IMG/VR virus record: IMGVR_UViG_2708742532_000007
Coordinates: 20,528-84,527 of that record
Length of the DNA: 64,000 bases
Source: a virus
Lineage: Duplodnaviria; Caudoviricetes
Direction: 5' to 3' (one strand)
Positions 1 to 10,061 of this stretch are shown here, in pieces. The number at the start of each line of letters is the position of its first letter. Position 1 is the first letter of the stretch. Under the pieces are notes generated by a model. The model did no database searches and was not told where the DNA came from. It worked only from the letters and a program-made list of their open reading frames with translations. The translations under genes and the position numbers were made by a program.

Positions 1-678
1 ATACTTACTATCATGTAAAATAAGAGTTTTATCGGTTTCCCATTTATATAACCCTTTTTTAAGAATTCGCTCATAATCACTAATAGAACCAATAGTGTTT
101 CCACCTTTATCCCAATCTGACTGACTTGTGGAATATCCACTTGTGAAATAGCCCATTGAATCGTAAACAGAGATAGTTGAAGAGTTTTTTCTTAGAAAAC
201 TTGTTGTGCTTGTTAGTTTGACACAATTTCTTATTGTCATAGAGGTAGCGGAAGAAAAAACAGAATATGAATTGTTTGGGGTATATTCAAATAGAACATT
301 ATAAAAATTCCAACTCCAATTAAATCCCATTAAATTATGACTAGTTAAATCTGTTAGAATATTATATCGACATTTTGTGATGTTTAATGTGAAATTAGCG
401 TGCCCTCCAACAGTGTTAATATACATTCCTGTTTTCTGTAGTATCTCTGTTTTTTTTCCTAGTCCAACAAAAGTTAGACTTCCACTCACAAATTGACCAA
501 ATATATTATTGCTAGTAATTTCATACGTGCCTTTTTTGAGATAAACAGTATAATCTCCATTATTTTTAATTGCTATATTATTACAGAAATATTCTAATGT
601 TTTATATGGATTGCTCGAACTTCCATTTCCTTGAGAGTCATTTCCTTTTAAAGCATCAATATAGATGTCTATTGTCAT
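1..678 (-). CDS. Tail-associated beta-helix (pectin-lyase-like) protein, runs off the window edge
   Basis: Read by hand (not in ORF track): GAGGTG RBS at 685-690, ATG 678, MTIDIYIDALKGNDSQGNGSSSNPYKTL...VYLKKGTY, a typical N-terminus of right-handed beta-helix proteins; open to position 1. Confidence 0.65.
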   Translation of the reverse strand, partial: MTIDIYIDALKGNDSQGNGSSSNPYKTLEYFCNNIAIKNNGDYTVYLKKGTYEITSNNIFGQFVSGSLTFVGLGKKTEILQKTGMYINTVGGHANFTLNITKCRYNILTDLTSHNLMGFNWSWNFYNVLFEYTPNNSYSVFSSATSMTIRNCVKLTSTTSFLRKNSSTISVYDSMGYFTSGYSTSQSDWDKGGNTIGSISDYERILKKGLYKWETDKTLILHDSKY

Positions 679-689
679 TTATTTCACCT

Positions 690-1558
690 CTAATATCAAT
701 CTTCACCCAATCATTACGAGTAATCTTCTTTCTATGAAGACTTCCTGTATCTGACCATGTATCATTCATTGTCATGCAAGAGAAATCTTCTCTTCAAACA
801 GCATGTCAACAGCTGGAGGCAGTCGAGCAGGCTAATACACAGCTCCTACCAAAGAAAGCGGCACTTCAAAAAGCGCATCCAACTCTTAGGGGAGGTATCT
901 ATAGTATATGCACTTCTCACTCTATACCTATAAATTTTTGCTTTGCTTCTGAAATAGAATCCTAAAAATCCTACTTTTGTTTTTGCATTATAATACCCTG
1001 AATCTGAGTTATCAAAGGCTCTCCAAGCAGGGTAGCTTGAGCTAAACTCATTGAGAACAAAAGCAAAACCTTGTGGAGAATATGTATTCGATGTTAAAGT
1101 AGGGGGGTATAGAGCTACCATCAGCAATTTTTCTATGTTCAACAAAATTATTTTTCTCAAAATCGCTTTTTGCAATAAAAAATTCATCTGTTACAAACCC
1201 TGCAAATAAATCAATTCTCACTTGAATATACTGCTTAGTTTCAGATTGGATAGCTCCATCTTCCGCAATAGCAATCCAGTCAGACCAATCGCTACCGTTG
1301 TCTGACACTCTTGTTAATACTGCGAATGAGCTTCCACCGTTCACTTTGTTTTCTGCAAATAATTTTTCAAAATCCTGAAAAATTTCTCCTAAATCAATTA
1401 CATCAGAAGTCCAAGAGCCTTGCTCAACATAAATAGGTCTTCCTTGACCATCAACATCAACTAGCTCTTTTATTGATTTTTGTTTTATCATGAGTTCCTG
1501 AAACACCAATGGATAGACCTATTTCTTTCTTCTCTGTATTACCACTTATAAGAGCCAT
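690..1558 (-). pseudogene. Frameshifted tail fibre/receptor-binding protein with discoidin (F5/8)-like domain
   Basis: ATG 1558 (MALISGNTEKKEIGLSIG...) hits a stop early; ORF 1048-1509 continues (GSWTSDVIDLG...WSDW...YIQVRIDL); ORF 846-1187 carries PTLTSNT...SSSYPAWRAFD; at least two frameshifts. Confidence 0.7.
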
Positions 1559-1583
1559 ATGAGTATTTTCCTATCTTAGTGAG

Positions 1584-2198
1584 TTATTTTATTGTCCAAT
1601 TAATCTGACCTGTTCTATTTGCTTCTAAAGGGGCATAGAAGCGTTCTATTTCAATCCCTCTTGATTTGAATACTAAATGACCATTCATTGATTTATTGGA
1701 AGTTAACTTGAGCTCAATAAAAGGACTTTCATTTTCTAAAGGAAGTGAAACAACAGATTGAAAGAAAAATTGAGTATCATCTTTCTTGTAAGTTGTTTTA
1801 TAGCCAAAATTAATTGACTTAATATTTGATTTCTGAATACCTTGAACGTTATTGTAGTCAGCGTAGGCTTCTTTATATGTTATAAGGTCTTTGTCCTCGA
1901 AGTTTGTTGTTAAATGATAAACCTCTGAATTTTCATCAATGTATTCAATTTCAATTCTTCTACCGTTTAGGTTGAAAGAACCATCACACATTTCAAAAAA
2001 CAGTTTCATTCCTTGACCAAACAAACCAAAACGAATGACCTGATTTTTCTGAATTAAATAAAAATCGTTTTTCTTATGCGTAAGTAGGTCATACTCTGCA
2101 TAATTTTTACCGTTTGCATAATCAGCGTTCCAGTTAAATGGAATACCGATTGCTTGATTGCTTCTTGCGTTTGCGAACATTTTATCAATCTCCTTCAT
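1584..2198 (-). CDS. Hypothetical phage tail-region protein
   Basis: 204-aa ORF in the tail operon, phage-like composition. Confidence 0.7.
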   Translation of the reverse strand: MKEIDKMFANARSNQAIGIPFNWNADYANGKNYAEYDLLTHKKNDFYLIQKNQVIRFGLFGQGMKLFFEMCDGSFNLNGRRIEIEYIDENSEVYHLTTNFEDKDLITYKEAYADYNNVQGIQKSNIKSINFGYKTTYKKDDTQFFFQSVVSLPLENESPFIELKLTSNKSMNGHLVFKSRGIEIERFYAPLEANRTGQINWTIK

Positions 2199-2232
2199 TG
2201 CATTGAAGTATTTTTCTTTTATAAATTACATA

Positions 2233-2266
2233 AAAATAGGGTAGGGGAGAAAGACCCTTACCCTAT
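2233..2266 (-). terminator. Probable rho-independent terminator
   Basis: ATAGGGTAGGGG...CCCTTACCCTAT inverted repeat with a flanking A-run (U-tract on minus). Confidence 0.55.
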
Positions 2267-2306
2267 AAAATCAATGTTTTATTTCTTAAATATCATTATC
2301 TTACTT

Positions 2307-3068
2307 TTACACATAACGGTATGAAACACGTTGCATTAACAGGTTTTTACCTGCTGACGCTGTGATAGGTACATCTGCGTACACAGAAATCTTAACAAAG
2401 TTACCGCCTGCTAGGTGAGCATTTGTTCCGTTAACATCAGTGTTGTTAGCAAAACCTAATATCTCTTTAGCATTAGGTGTTTTTTCAATTTTGATAGCTA
2501 CATATTCTACAGTACCATCAAATACAGGATTTCCTTCAACAGTTACCCATGATGAAGGCTCTGTGCCATCTGTTTCTCCTGCTTTTGTTACTTTGTAAAT
2601 AAAGTCATTTGCTTTGGTTGGTTGAACGTAAGTATCTAATGTTAATGTTTTTTTAGCAGACCAAACTTGAGCAGTAGAAGCGTTCACGTTTGTAGTAGTA
2701 CCTGTTGTACCTAAATCTTTCGTACCACTAGGGTTAGGTGTTCCTACGCCACCTTTACCAACAGGAACGAATGCATTTGCTCCTGTTTCTCCTAAACTAT
2801 CTACACGAACTTTGAACCAGTTGTCTTTAACGGCTTCAACGATATTACCTGTTGAAGTACCATCTCCACCTTTGCGGTCACGAGTTGTGAAAACTACTTC
2901 TTCCATTTTAGAGCAATCTTCTGTTTCTCCACGATTATTCCAAATGTAGAAGACCTTAGTTGCTGACGCAGAGTCAGCGTCAACAGTACCGTAGTTTACT
3001 GTGCTTTTTACTTCGTTTGCCTTTGCGTTTGTTCCTTCGTACCATGATACTCTAGGTGCTAATGCCAT
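2307..3068 (-). CDS. Tail/baseplate structural protein with Trp-rich carbohydrate-binding-like module
   Basis: 253 aa, G/T/N-rich; WSAKK..Y.V.KAG.T.GTEP.W...DG.V module shared with ORF 9402-10061. Confidence 0.65.
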   Translation of the reverse strand: MALAPRVSWYEGTNAKANEVKSTVNYGTVDADSASATKVFYIWNNRGETEDCSKMEEVVFTTRDRKGGDGTSTGNIVEAVKDNWFKVRVDSLGETGANAFVPVGKGGVGTPNPSGTKDLGTTGTTTNVNASTAQVWSAKKTLTLDTYVQPTKANDFIYKVTKAGETDGTEPSSWVTVEGNPVFDGTVEYVAIKIEKTPNAKEILGFANNTDVNGTNAHLAGGNFVKISVYADVPITASAGKNLLMQRVSYRYV

Positions 3069-3085
3069 AATTAAATTCCTTCTTC

Positions 3086-4243
3086 CTAGTTAATTTTAAT
3101 CTTTATATTTACTGTCAGGTTGTATGTGTCATTATCAAAAGTAGTCACATTCAACCTGAAAATATCATTTTTGTTAACTTTTGATTTTGTTAACTTGTGT
3201 AGTCTACTATCTTTGTGATTTCCTGCTTTGATGTTTACAGGGCTATTGATAATAGTAGACCAATTGACGAAATCTTTAGAAATTTCGACGTCTATTACTG
3301 TATCAACAGTTCCTTTTTTTGAGACAAATGCTTCAATATCTAAGATTTCTCCATTATGAGGGAATACTACATGAGGGTCTTGAACACCTTGTAGAACTTC
3401 TTGAGGACAAATGAAAACAATAGTTCTGTAATCTGTTTCAGAACTAATGCCTTCCATTTTAACATAATGTTCTTTTGACATAAGACCATCATATTTTTCT
3501 GTAGCATTTGGAACGTTACCGCCTAAAGAATCTATCGGGATCCAATCCTTACCATTCCAACGATAACGAATACCTGTGTCATAAACTTGAACAGTCCAAC
3601 CAACATGTGGGTTAGGATACTTCTTCGCTATATCAGCCTGTGTTTGTACAAAAGGTTGATAGATTAATACAGTAGTTTCATAGGCATCTTTGATAAGCTC
3701 AATGTGTTGTAGAGCTTTATCATTTGTTTCAAGAACAATATCAGTAGCTTCTTTTGTTAGGTTTGTAGCGACAATCATATTATCTAAAACTTCTTCAAAA
3801 TTAGCAGTTTGACCGATTAACTCCTGAACCTGAGTTTTAGCTTCCTCAATGATTTTAAATAGTGTTTCTGTGCTATCTGTGCCATCGTAGTGAATAATCC
3901 TATTGGAAGGGTACAGAATAACGCCTCTACCTTTATACATGATAGAAATTGTTTCAGCTTCTCTATCAGCATTAAAGTAGATGAAACCATTTGTATAGTC
4001 ACAATAAAACTCATTTTTTCCTAGACTGCTCTTAATAAACTTTTCATAGTTTACTTCAAACATGTTTGCAATCCTTACTCGATATAGTTCATCAGGAATC
4101 TCTAATAGAGCCACACGTTGATTAACTACACGAGTAATGTCTAATCTATCAACAAATGGGTCGCTAGGTGTTCCTTTACGCCAAACTATATGAATAGGAT
4201 TATTAAATTCTAAATAATTTATTGGTTGTTTTGTTACTGCCAA
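3086..4243 (-). CDS. Baseplate/tail fibre protein
   Basis: 385 aa; GWTVQV...YRWNGKDW and ATEKYDGLMSKE motifs typical of phage fibre proteins; downstream of spike. Confidence 0.65.
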   Translation of the reverse strand: MAVTKQPINYLEFNNPIHIVWRKGTPSDPFVDRLDITRVVNQRVALLEIPDELYRVRIANMFEVNYEKFIKSSLGKNEFYCDYTNGFIYFNADREAETISIMYKGRGVILYPSNRIIHYDGTDSTETLFKIIEEAKTQVQELIGQTANFEEVLDNMIVATNLTKEATDIVLETNDKALQHIELIKDAYETTVLIYQPFVQTQADIAKKYPNPHVGWTVQVYDTGIRYRWNGKDWIPIDSLGGNVPNATEKYDGLMSKEHYVKMEGISSETDYRTIVFICPQEVLQGVQDPHVVFPHNGEILDIEAFVSKKGTVDTVIDVEISKDFVNWSTIINSPVNIKAGNHKDSRLHKLTKSKVNKNDIFRLNVTTFDNDTYNLTVNIKIKIN

Positions 4244-4256
4244 ATTCTCACCTTCT

Positions 4257-4721
4257 TTATGAACCTATTGTTACAGTAGAACTAGCTCCACCATTAATCT
4301 TAGAACTAGTTCCTGCATGTGTAGTAACAGTAGAGTTGTCAGTAGCAACAGACTTACCATTAATAAATACATTGTTACTATTGCCAACTGTTACTGAGCC
4401 TTGAGCATTAGTGTGAGAACCACTAACATATACGCCACCGCTAGGTAGCGAATATGAGTCATTCTCTGTGGTTTTGTCACCTTGGACAATTGGAGCTTTA
4501 CCTTCAATCGTTACGTTTGATACTGTCGATACTGCTTTCCCCTTTACTGTTGCAGATGTTGGATATTGAACCCAATCATTGATAGGGTAGGTTGGTACAT
4601 AATCACCCCATTGGTCATAATATCCTCCACCTGTGTCTACTTGCTCAAGCACCTTATAAATAATATGGTTAGATGCAGTAGTATCAGATATTGTTGCGTC
4701 TTTGAGTGCTATCTTTGCCAT
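4257..4721 (-). CDS. PAAR-like spike tip protein
   Basis: SNVTIEGKAPIVQGD...GSVTVGNSNNVFINGKSVAT...H...SSTVTIG repeats resemble PAAR/gp5.4; immediately follows the spike gene. Confidence 0.7.
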   Translation of the reverse strand: MAKIALKDATISDTTASNHIIYKVLEQVDTGGGYYDQWGDYVPTYPINDWVQYPTSATVKGKAVSTVSNVTIEGKAPIVQGDKTTENDSYSLPSGGVYVSGSHTNAQGSVTVGNSNNVFINGKSVATDNSTVTTHAGTSSKINGGASSTVTIGS

Positions 4722-4732
4722 ATAGAATCCTC

Positions 4733-7700
4733 CTAGTTTAAGCTAATCTTAGTTCCTTTAACTTCTACGCCACTTGCTGAAATTTTGATGTAGTTATTAG
4801 TGTCAAAACGAATCATCAGATTATCCTTTTCAAGAGAAATCCATGAATATTGACCAAATTGCATTTTAGCATCTTGCCCTTTAACAACTCTGAAAAACTC
4901 ATACAGGTCAGTCTTAGCAACGAATTTTTTATCAGAGTGGAATCGAACTCCACCTTTAGACTCGAAGTAAACTGCTTGTCCTGCATCATCTGTATCTGAC
5001 TCATTGAAGTAGAACTTAGTCATAACTCCATTAGGTGCGTCATACTCAATAGCAAACTTTTTATTGTCCTTATAGACTTTTGCTTGCTCAGAACCACTAC
5101 CATATCCTCTGCCATTTCCTGAACCGAAAATCATAACAGGGAAGGAAGTATCGCCTGTACCTTCGTAAGTGAACTCTAACTTTGTTTTTTCACTACCTGA
5201 GAAGAAAGTATTAAATCTCATGAAGTTTTTAGCAATATGGATAATATCTTGTTTTGTATTTCCTTTTCCAAGTGTTTTCAGACTATTAACTGTTAAGTCA
5301 GAGATGTATGAGCCATCAATATCCTCAATCATTTTATCATCATCACCCATGATATATAGCTTTTTAGCAAATAGTGAGCCATCAGTATCAACCCAAAATC
5401 TATCTTCGCCACTTTTTGTTTTAATTCTTATAGCGTCATTGGCATTTAAGAATATATCAGCGTTTTCGCCATAGATTGAAATACCTTTTTCATGGTCAAA
5501 AACAATTCTCTCACCTAAGTCACCATCAACAATTTTTAAGTTGTGAGTAGTAATGTCTTTTGCATAAAGTCTTCCATCCAAACCAACCCAAAACTTTCTA
5601 TCTCCATCGACTTCGATTTTAATAGCGTCATTGGCATTTAGATAGATTACAGCACCGTTGTTATCACCGGAAATTGTGATTCCATCATACCAATCAAAGG
5701 TGATTTTCTCGTTCATGTGAGCGTCTACAATGCGTAGGTTCTTTGTTACAAGACCTTCTGCAAACAATGTACCATCTTCCCACATAGGGTCGCCTAGAGT
5801 GGCAAATAGCTTACTAACCCATCTTCCTTTTTCCCATTTTTGAAGGGCAAGACCATTTGTAGCATTTAGGTAAGCTCTGTATCTACCATCATTACGAACA
5901 GCAATAAAGCCAAAGTCATTCATAATTAGGTTGTTGTAGTATTTACCCATATTAATACCTGAGTAGAAGATTGAGTCTTCAATTGCTTGCTTTAGCTTTT
6001 GTGATTGGTCGTGGTATTCCCTAGACACCTGAATGAAATAACCTCTATCAGTAACTTCACTTGTTTTTTCCATAAGAGGATGTTGTTGGTCTATATCCAA
6101 TGACTTATCTCTATCTATACCTTTTTCTGTGATAGGGATGAATTGAATGAGGTAGTCTACAAGCGCTGTATAAGCGTTTATAAGGGGGTGTGTATCAAAT
6201 CTCTCGATATTTGACTCAATTGTTGGGAAACTGCCTTTAAGGGCATCCCACTGTCCGTTAATGTCTGTTAGATTGTCTCTATCACTCTTGTTGTATTTCT
6301 CAGCGTGAGTGAGAAGGGCTTTGTAGTCAGCATGTATGCGGTGTAAATCTGTAACAATTTGTAGCTTTTCTAAAGTTGTTAATTTTCCATCAGCAACGAT
6401 TTTGTCTAATTTAGCTATGTTAAAGATATTATTCTCTGCATCTAGAATAAGGTCGCCAATATCATTGACTATCTTAATTCCTTCTGCAACCATATGTTTT
6501 GTATAAAGTGTGCCATCAGTATTAGCCCACATGACTTTTTGCCAATCATTATCTTTCCATCTTGAAATTGCAAAACCAACACAGTCAGTTACTTCAACTT
6601 TCGTGACAGTATTCCATGATTTAAGACCGAAACATTCGCCTTCTTCTTGACGGATTATATTATCAAATTCATCTCTTAGGTTATCTGAAACAAGACCTAG
6701 CCACATAACTTCTTTACCGTCTGCATTGTAGATAGTAGTTCGTGAGCCTTGAGTTTTCCATGCTCCTAATTCATCTTCGATATACAGGTTAACACCTGAG
6801 ATAAGTTTACCGAAAATGTATTCTCCCCAAATACCATCTTTTGAGATAGCGTGTTTCCATGTGTTACCTCGGTCATTTGTAATAGCCAAGAAACCATTTT
6901 GTATAACTAGCCAACTATCAGGGTCTTCAAGTGACTTTACGATAATACCACGCTCTGAAATAGTAATTTGTTGGTCATAACCTGCTAGTACAGCATTCTT
7001 TAGTGAATCCCACTTACTATTAATAAGGTCATTGATTTTACCGTTGTTTTCTTTTGATAGATTCCAACCATCTTTGTCCATTGAAACAATAGTAGAAGTG
7101 AGGTCTGCTTTGTTAAGCAAGTCCATCAGTAATTCACTACCATCTTTGAGGTCTTTCTCATTAGCAATAGTCAATGTGATTTCAAAATTCTCAAAGTCAT
7201 AGTTAATCTCAATGATTTTTGCTAGGATATTAACTTTGAGCCTATCGTATCGTATTCTGATACTGTCACCTAAGCCTAGTTTGTCCCAATCATTTTGACA
7301 TTCTATAATAGATAGGAAGTCAATAAGACTTACAGTTAGCTTGATTTTTGGCTCTTGGTTTTGCTTGAATACAGTCTTAGCTTCTTTCATTAAAGCTTCA
7401 GGGTGGGTGATAGAGTCATTTGTGTATTCTTGGACAATGATGAATTCTTGTAACTCAGCCCATTCTTCATTAGTGAAGTTAGCAGATGGTTTAAGCTTAT
7501 CTAAGTGAGCTTGTTTTTCTCGCTCTGCGTCTTCTACATCAAATCTAGCGTTGTCAACAACTGTCTTTTGATTAGATTCTTCAATCTCTTTTGCTCTAAG
7601 TTTCTCAATTATCTCAGCATGTTTTTCTGTGCCATCTTTTGTACCTCTGTCATTGTATCCATCAGTACCCCAAAGGCTTTTATCAGTCTGAAAGTCAGCT

Positions 7701-8746
7701 AAAAGAACATCTCTTTCATCTTCTAATAGCATTCTCTCTACTGTGATTGTTGAAAGTCTATCAGACTCGATTGTAAGGATATCTTGTAGTGCCTCTATTT
7801 TCTTAGAGATGATTTCAAAGTCGCTGTCTAAGCTTTTAATTAAGTCCTCATACTTTGTTAGAGCAACACATAAGTTATCACTCATGTAGTCTGAGCTTTT
7901 AATTACTTTTTCTAATTCTTTATCATATTCAAATGGGTACATATAAAAAGAGAAGTCCTGAATATAGTCTTCTCCTAGTGGGTTTATTTTTCTGAAAGTT
8001 AATCCTTCTGAACCAAAGGCTCTTAGGCGTGTAACCGTTGAGCTACTATCAACTGATAAGTCAAAGCTTTCTAAGTATTTTCCATCTCGAATATAAAATC
8101 CTTTGTTTAGTCCTACATTCTCAGCTCTGTGAAACTCGATTTTTAAGTCCTCAGTGTTCCACTTAATGACAGCATTCCACTTAGTAGCAATGTCATACAT
8201 GACTTCTAAAATAGACATAGAGCTTACGGTATACTTTCTTTCTGCTGTTTCAGAAGTAGTGAAGTAGCTGTCAACATAACCAATCGTCCAACGCTTAATA
8301 GGGACTTCTAACAAGCTACCGTAAACATCTTCAAGTACACCATCTGCAACATCTTTTAAGTTACCAATTTTTTCGTATTCTCGAATGTTTTTGTCACCTA
8401 ATTGAACACCTAGCGAATATGCTCTGTATTCAATATAATCTTCATCACCATAAGTTTTGTTAGATTCATTGAAAAGAAAATACTCAGTTGTGTTGCCAAC
8501 AACATATTTAAAAATATATCTGTGCTTAATACGCTCGATATTTGGATTGTCCATAGGAACTTCATCTTTAATAATGATTGTTGGAATCTTGAATGATAGC
8601 TCATTAACTGTACTTAACTTTGTGTAGTATTGTACATCATAGGCTTCATTAATTTTTGCTATAGTGTCTTTGTTTGGTTTACATAGAAAAAGACTTTTCT
8701 TAGGTAGTTTTAGGTTATAATCAATTTCACCTATCTTCACTGTCAT
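4733..8746 (-). CDS. Tal/hub protein fused to long tail spike (YomG-like)
   Basis: 1337 aa; N-terminal prophage-tail/Tal domain (LFLCKPNK..I..NELSFKIP, VTRLRAFGSEGL), coiled coil, internal repeats, beta-strand C-terminus IKISASGVEVKGTKISLN. Confidence 0.8.
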   Translation of the reverse strand: MTVKIGEIDYNLKLPKKSLFLCKPNKDTIAKINEAYDVQYYTKLSTVNELSFKIPTIIIKDEVPMDNPNIERIKHRYIFKYVVGNTTEYFLFNESNKTYGDEDYIEYRAYSLGVQLGDKNIREYEKIGNLKDVADGVLEDVYGSLLEVPIKRWTIGYVDSYFTTSETAERKYTVSSMSILEVMYDIATKWNAVIKWNTEDLKIEFHRAENVGLNKGFYIRDGKYLESFDLSVDSSSTVTRLRAFGSEGLTFRKINPLGEDYIQDFSFYMYPFEYDKELEKVIKSSDYMSDNLCVALTKYEDLIKSLDSDFEIISKKIEALQDILTIESDRLSTITVERMLLEDERDVLLADFQTDKSLWGTDGYNDRGTKDGTEKHAEIIEKLRAKEIEESNQKTVVDNARFDVEDAEREKQAHLDKLKPSANFTNEEWAELQEFIIVQEYTNDSITHPEALMKEAKTVFKQNQEPKIKLTVSLIDFLSIIECQNDWDKLGLGDSIRIRYDRLKVNILAKIIEINYDFENFEITLTIANEKDLKDGSELLMDLLNKADLTSTIVSMDKDGWNLSKENNGKINDLINSKWDSLKNAVLAGYDQQITISERGIIVKSLEDPDSWLVIQNGFLAITNDRGNTWKHAISKDGIWGEYIFGKLISGVNLYIEDELGAWKTQGSRTTIYNADGKEVMWLGLVSDNLRDEFDNIIRQEEGECFGLKSWNTVTKVEVTDCVGFAISRWKDNDWQKVMWANTDGTLYTKHMVAEGIKIVNDIGDLILDAENNIFNIAKLDKIVADGKLTTLEKLQIVTDLHRIHADYKALLTHAEKYNKSDRDNLTDINGQWDALKGSFPTIESNIERFDTHPLINAYTALVDYLIQFIPITEKGIDRDKSLDIDQQHPLMEKTSEVTDRGYFIQVSREYHDQSQKLKQAIEDSIFYSGINMGKYYNNLIMNDFGFIAVRNDGRYRAYLNATNGLALQKWEKGRWVSKLFATLGDPMWEDGTLFAEGLVTKNLRIVDAHMNEKITFDWYDGITISGDNNGAVIYLNANDAIKIEVDGDRKFWVGLDGRLYAKDITTHNLKIVDGDLGERIVFDHEKGISIYGENADIFLNANDAIRIKTKSGEDRFWVDTDGSLFAKKLYIMGDDDKMIEDIDGSYISDLTVNSLKTLGKGNTKQDIIHIAKNFMRFNTFFSGSEKTKLEFTYEGTGDTSFPVMIFGSGNGRGYGSGSEQAKVYKDNKKFAIEYDAPNGVMTKFYFNESDTDDAGQAVYFESKGGVRFHSDKKFVAKTDLYEFFRVVKGQDAKMQFGQYSWISLEKDNLMIRFDTNNYIKISASGVEVKGTKISLN

Positions 8747-8755
8747 TCCTCCTGA

Positions 8756-9409
8756 TTATTCTTGTAGTAGTATTGCTTTGTGTCTAAAATCAAGGTCAAA
8801 ATCACCCTCAGATGTGATATAGTTGCTTCCTCGAATTAGCTCAAGGTATTCATCATTGTGTGAATCATACCTGTAAACACCGTTAACTTGATTGCTTGAT
8901 ACAATCTCTTCATTCTCACAATCAATGTAAACTTCTTCATTGTTATTAAGGTCTTTGAACTCAACTCTCTGACCTGTGGTAAAGTTAATGATTGCAATAT
9001 CACCTTTACCGTTTTTCTTTCTCATCCAAATTTTAGGTTTAATAGGGAAGTCACCTGTGTTCTCAATAAATCCATATGGCTTTAATTCAATTTCTAAGGA
9101 TTGTAGATAAGGTTTTATAGCTTCATTATCTGCAACCATGACTATCTGAAATTGGATATATAATCCTGTCAAAACATATTCATCTAAGAGGTCATAAGAA
9201 GTTATAAACAATCTCTTCCAATCAGTCCAATCAACCTGATTATAGGAAACTCTAAAATTGTATTCTACTGTTTGGTTGTGAATGTTGATTAATGTTTCTT
9301 TGATGTTTGCAATATATCTATCTAAGTTATTTGAGATAAAGAAGGTAGGGGAAGTATAGACCCCTCTAGGAACGCTTAATCTTGACCAAGTAGTCATAAT
9401 ATCACTCAA
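8756..9409 (-). CDS. Distal tail protein (Dit) C-terminal part with N-terminal extra domain
   Basis: IENTGDFPIKPKIW...NNEEVYIDCENEEI...HNDEYLELIRGSN resembles the C-half of YomH-type Dit. Confidence 0.65.
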   Translation of the reverse strand: MSDIMTTWSRLSVPRGVYTSPTFFISNNLDRYIANIKETLINIHNQTVEYNFRVSYNQVDWTDWKRLFITSYDLLDEYVLTGLYIQFQIVMVADNEAIKPYLQSLEIELKPYGFIENTGDFPIKPKIWMRKKNGKGDIAIINFTTGQRVEFKDLNNNEEVYIDCENEEIVSSNQVNGVYRYDSHNDEYLELIRGSNYITSEGDFDLDFRHKAILLQE

Positions 9410-10061
9410 CCTTACCGAATGGTCTAAATTCAGAGGAAATCCCTACTTGCTTCCACTTAACTGTTGCTTCTTTTCGCCATACTACAGAGCCATCAACTAC
9501 TGTACTACTAGGTAAAACGCTTGACCAAATAGGCTCTGATGTTCCTGTGATACCTGCTGTCTCACAGATGTAGTAATACAATTTACTGCCGTTTACTGCA
9601 AATATAACATCGTTTACTTGGTAGTTATAGTTAGGAAACCACTTGTTACCATTAGCGTCATAAAATTCAACACCTTCACCAACAAGGAAAGTAGGGGAAT
9701 GTACCATACTTTTTCCTGCTGTCACACAGCGATAAATATTACCATTGTCAGGCTTTGCTTTAATTTCTTGACCTACAGTGTAGTTTACTTTTGGTTTCCA
9801 AGAAGGGGCATTTAATCCTTCACGAATGTTGACCCAACCAACATATCCACCAATAACAGGATTTTTATTCCAAATAATTTTTCCACCCTCTATTACTTGA
9901 CCTGTAGGTAAGTCCTCAGGTTTTTCAATTGCTTCTGTTAAGTATTTTTCAATTGTTGAAAAGTTTTTGCCATATCCAACAATAGTTTCTTTTATATCAT
10001 CATTATCAAAAGTGTTATTAGTAACAATATCTAGTTCTAATCCACCGTTAGATTTTTCCAT
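9402..10061 (-). CDS. Tail protein with two Trp-rich carbohydrate-binding-like repeats
   Basis: Probable ATG 10061 overlapping the upstream stop (TAATG) after a GGGGAGG RBS; WKPKVNYTVG...Y.C..AG and WFPNYNYQVND...Y.C.TAG repeats. Confidence 0.65.
   Translation of the reverse strand: MEKSNGGLELDIVTNNTFDNDDIKETIVGYGKNFSTIEKYLTEAIEKPEDLPTGQVIEGGKIIWNKNPVIGGYVGWVNIREGLNAPSWKPKVNYTVGQEIKAKPDNGNIYRCVTAGKSMVHSPTFLVGEGVEFYDANGNKWFPNYNYQVNDVIFAVNGSKLYYYICETAGITGTSEPIWSSVLPSSTVVDGSVVWRKEATVKWKQVGISSEFRPFGKVE

Noticed and set aside
1-4243. Diversity-generating retroelement acting on tail fibres
   Set aside because: No reverse transcriptase or template/variable repeat pair is visible in the window
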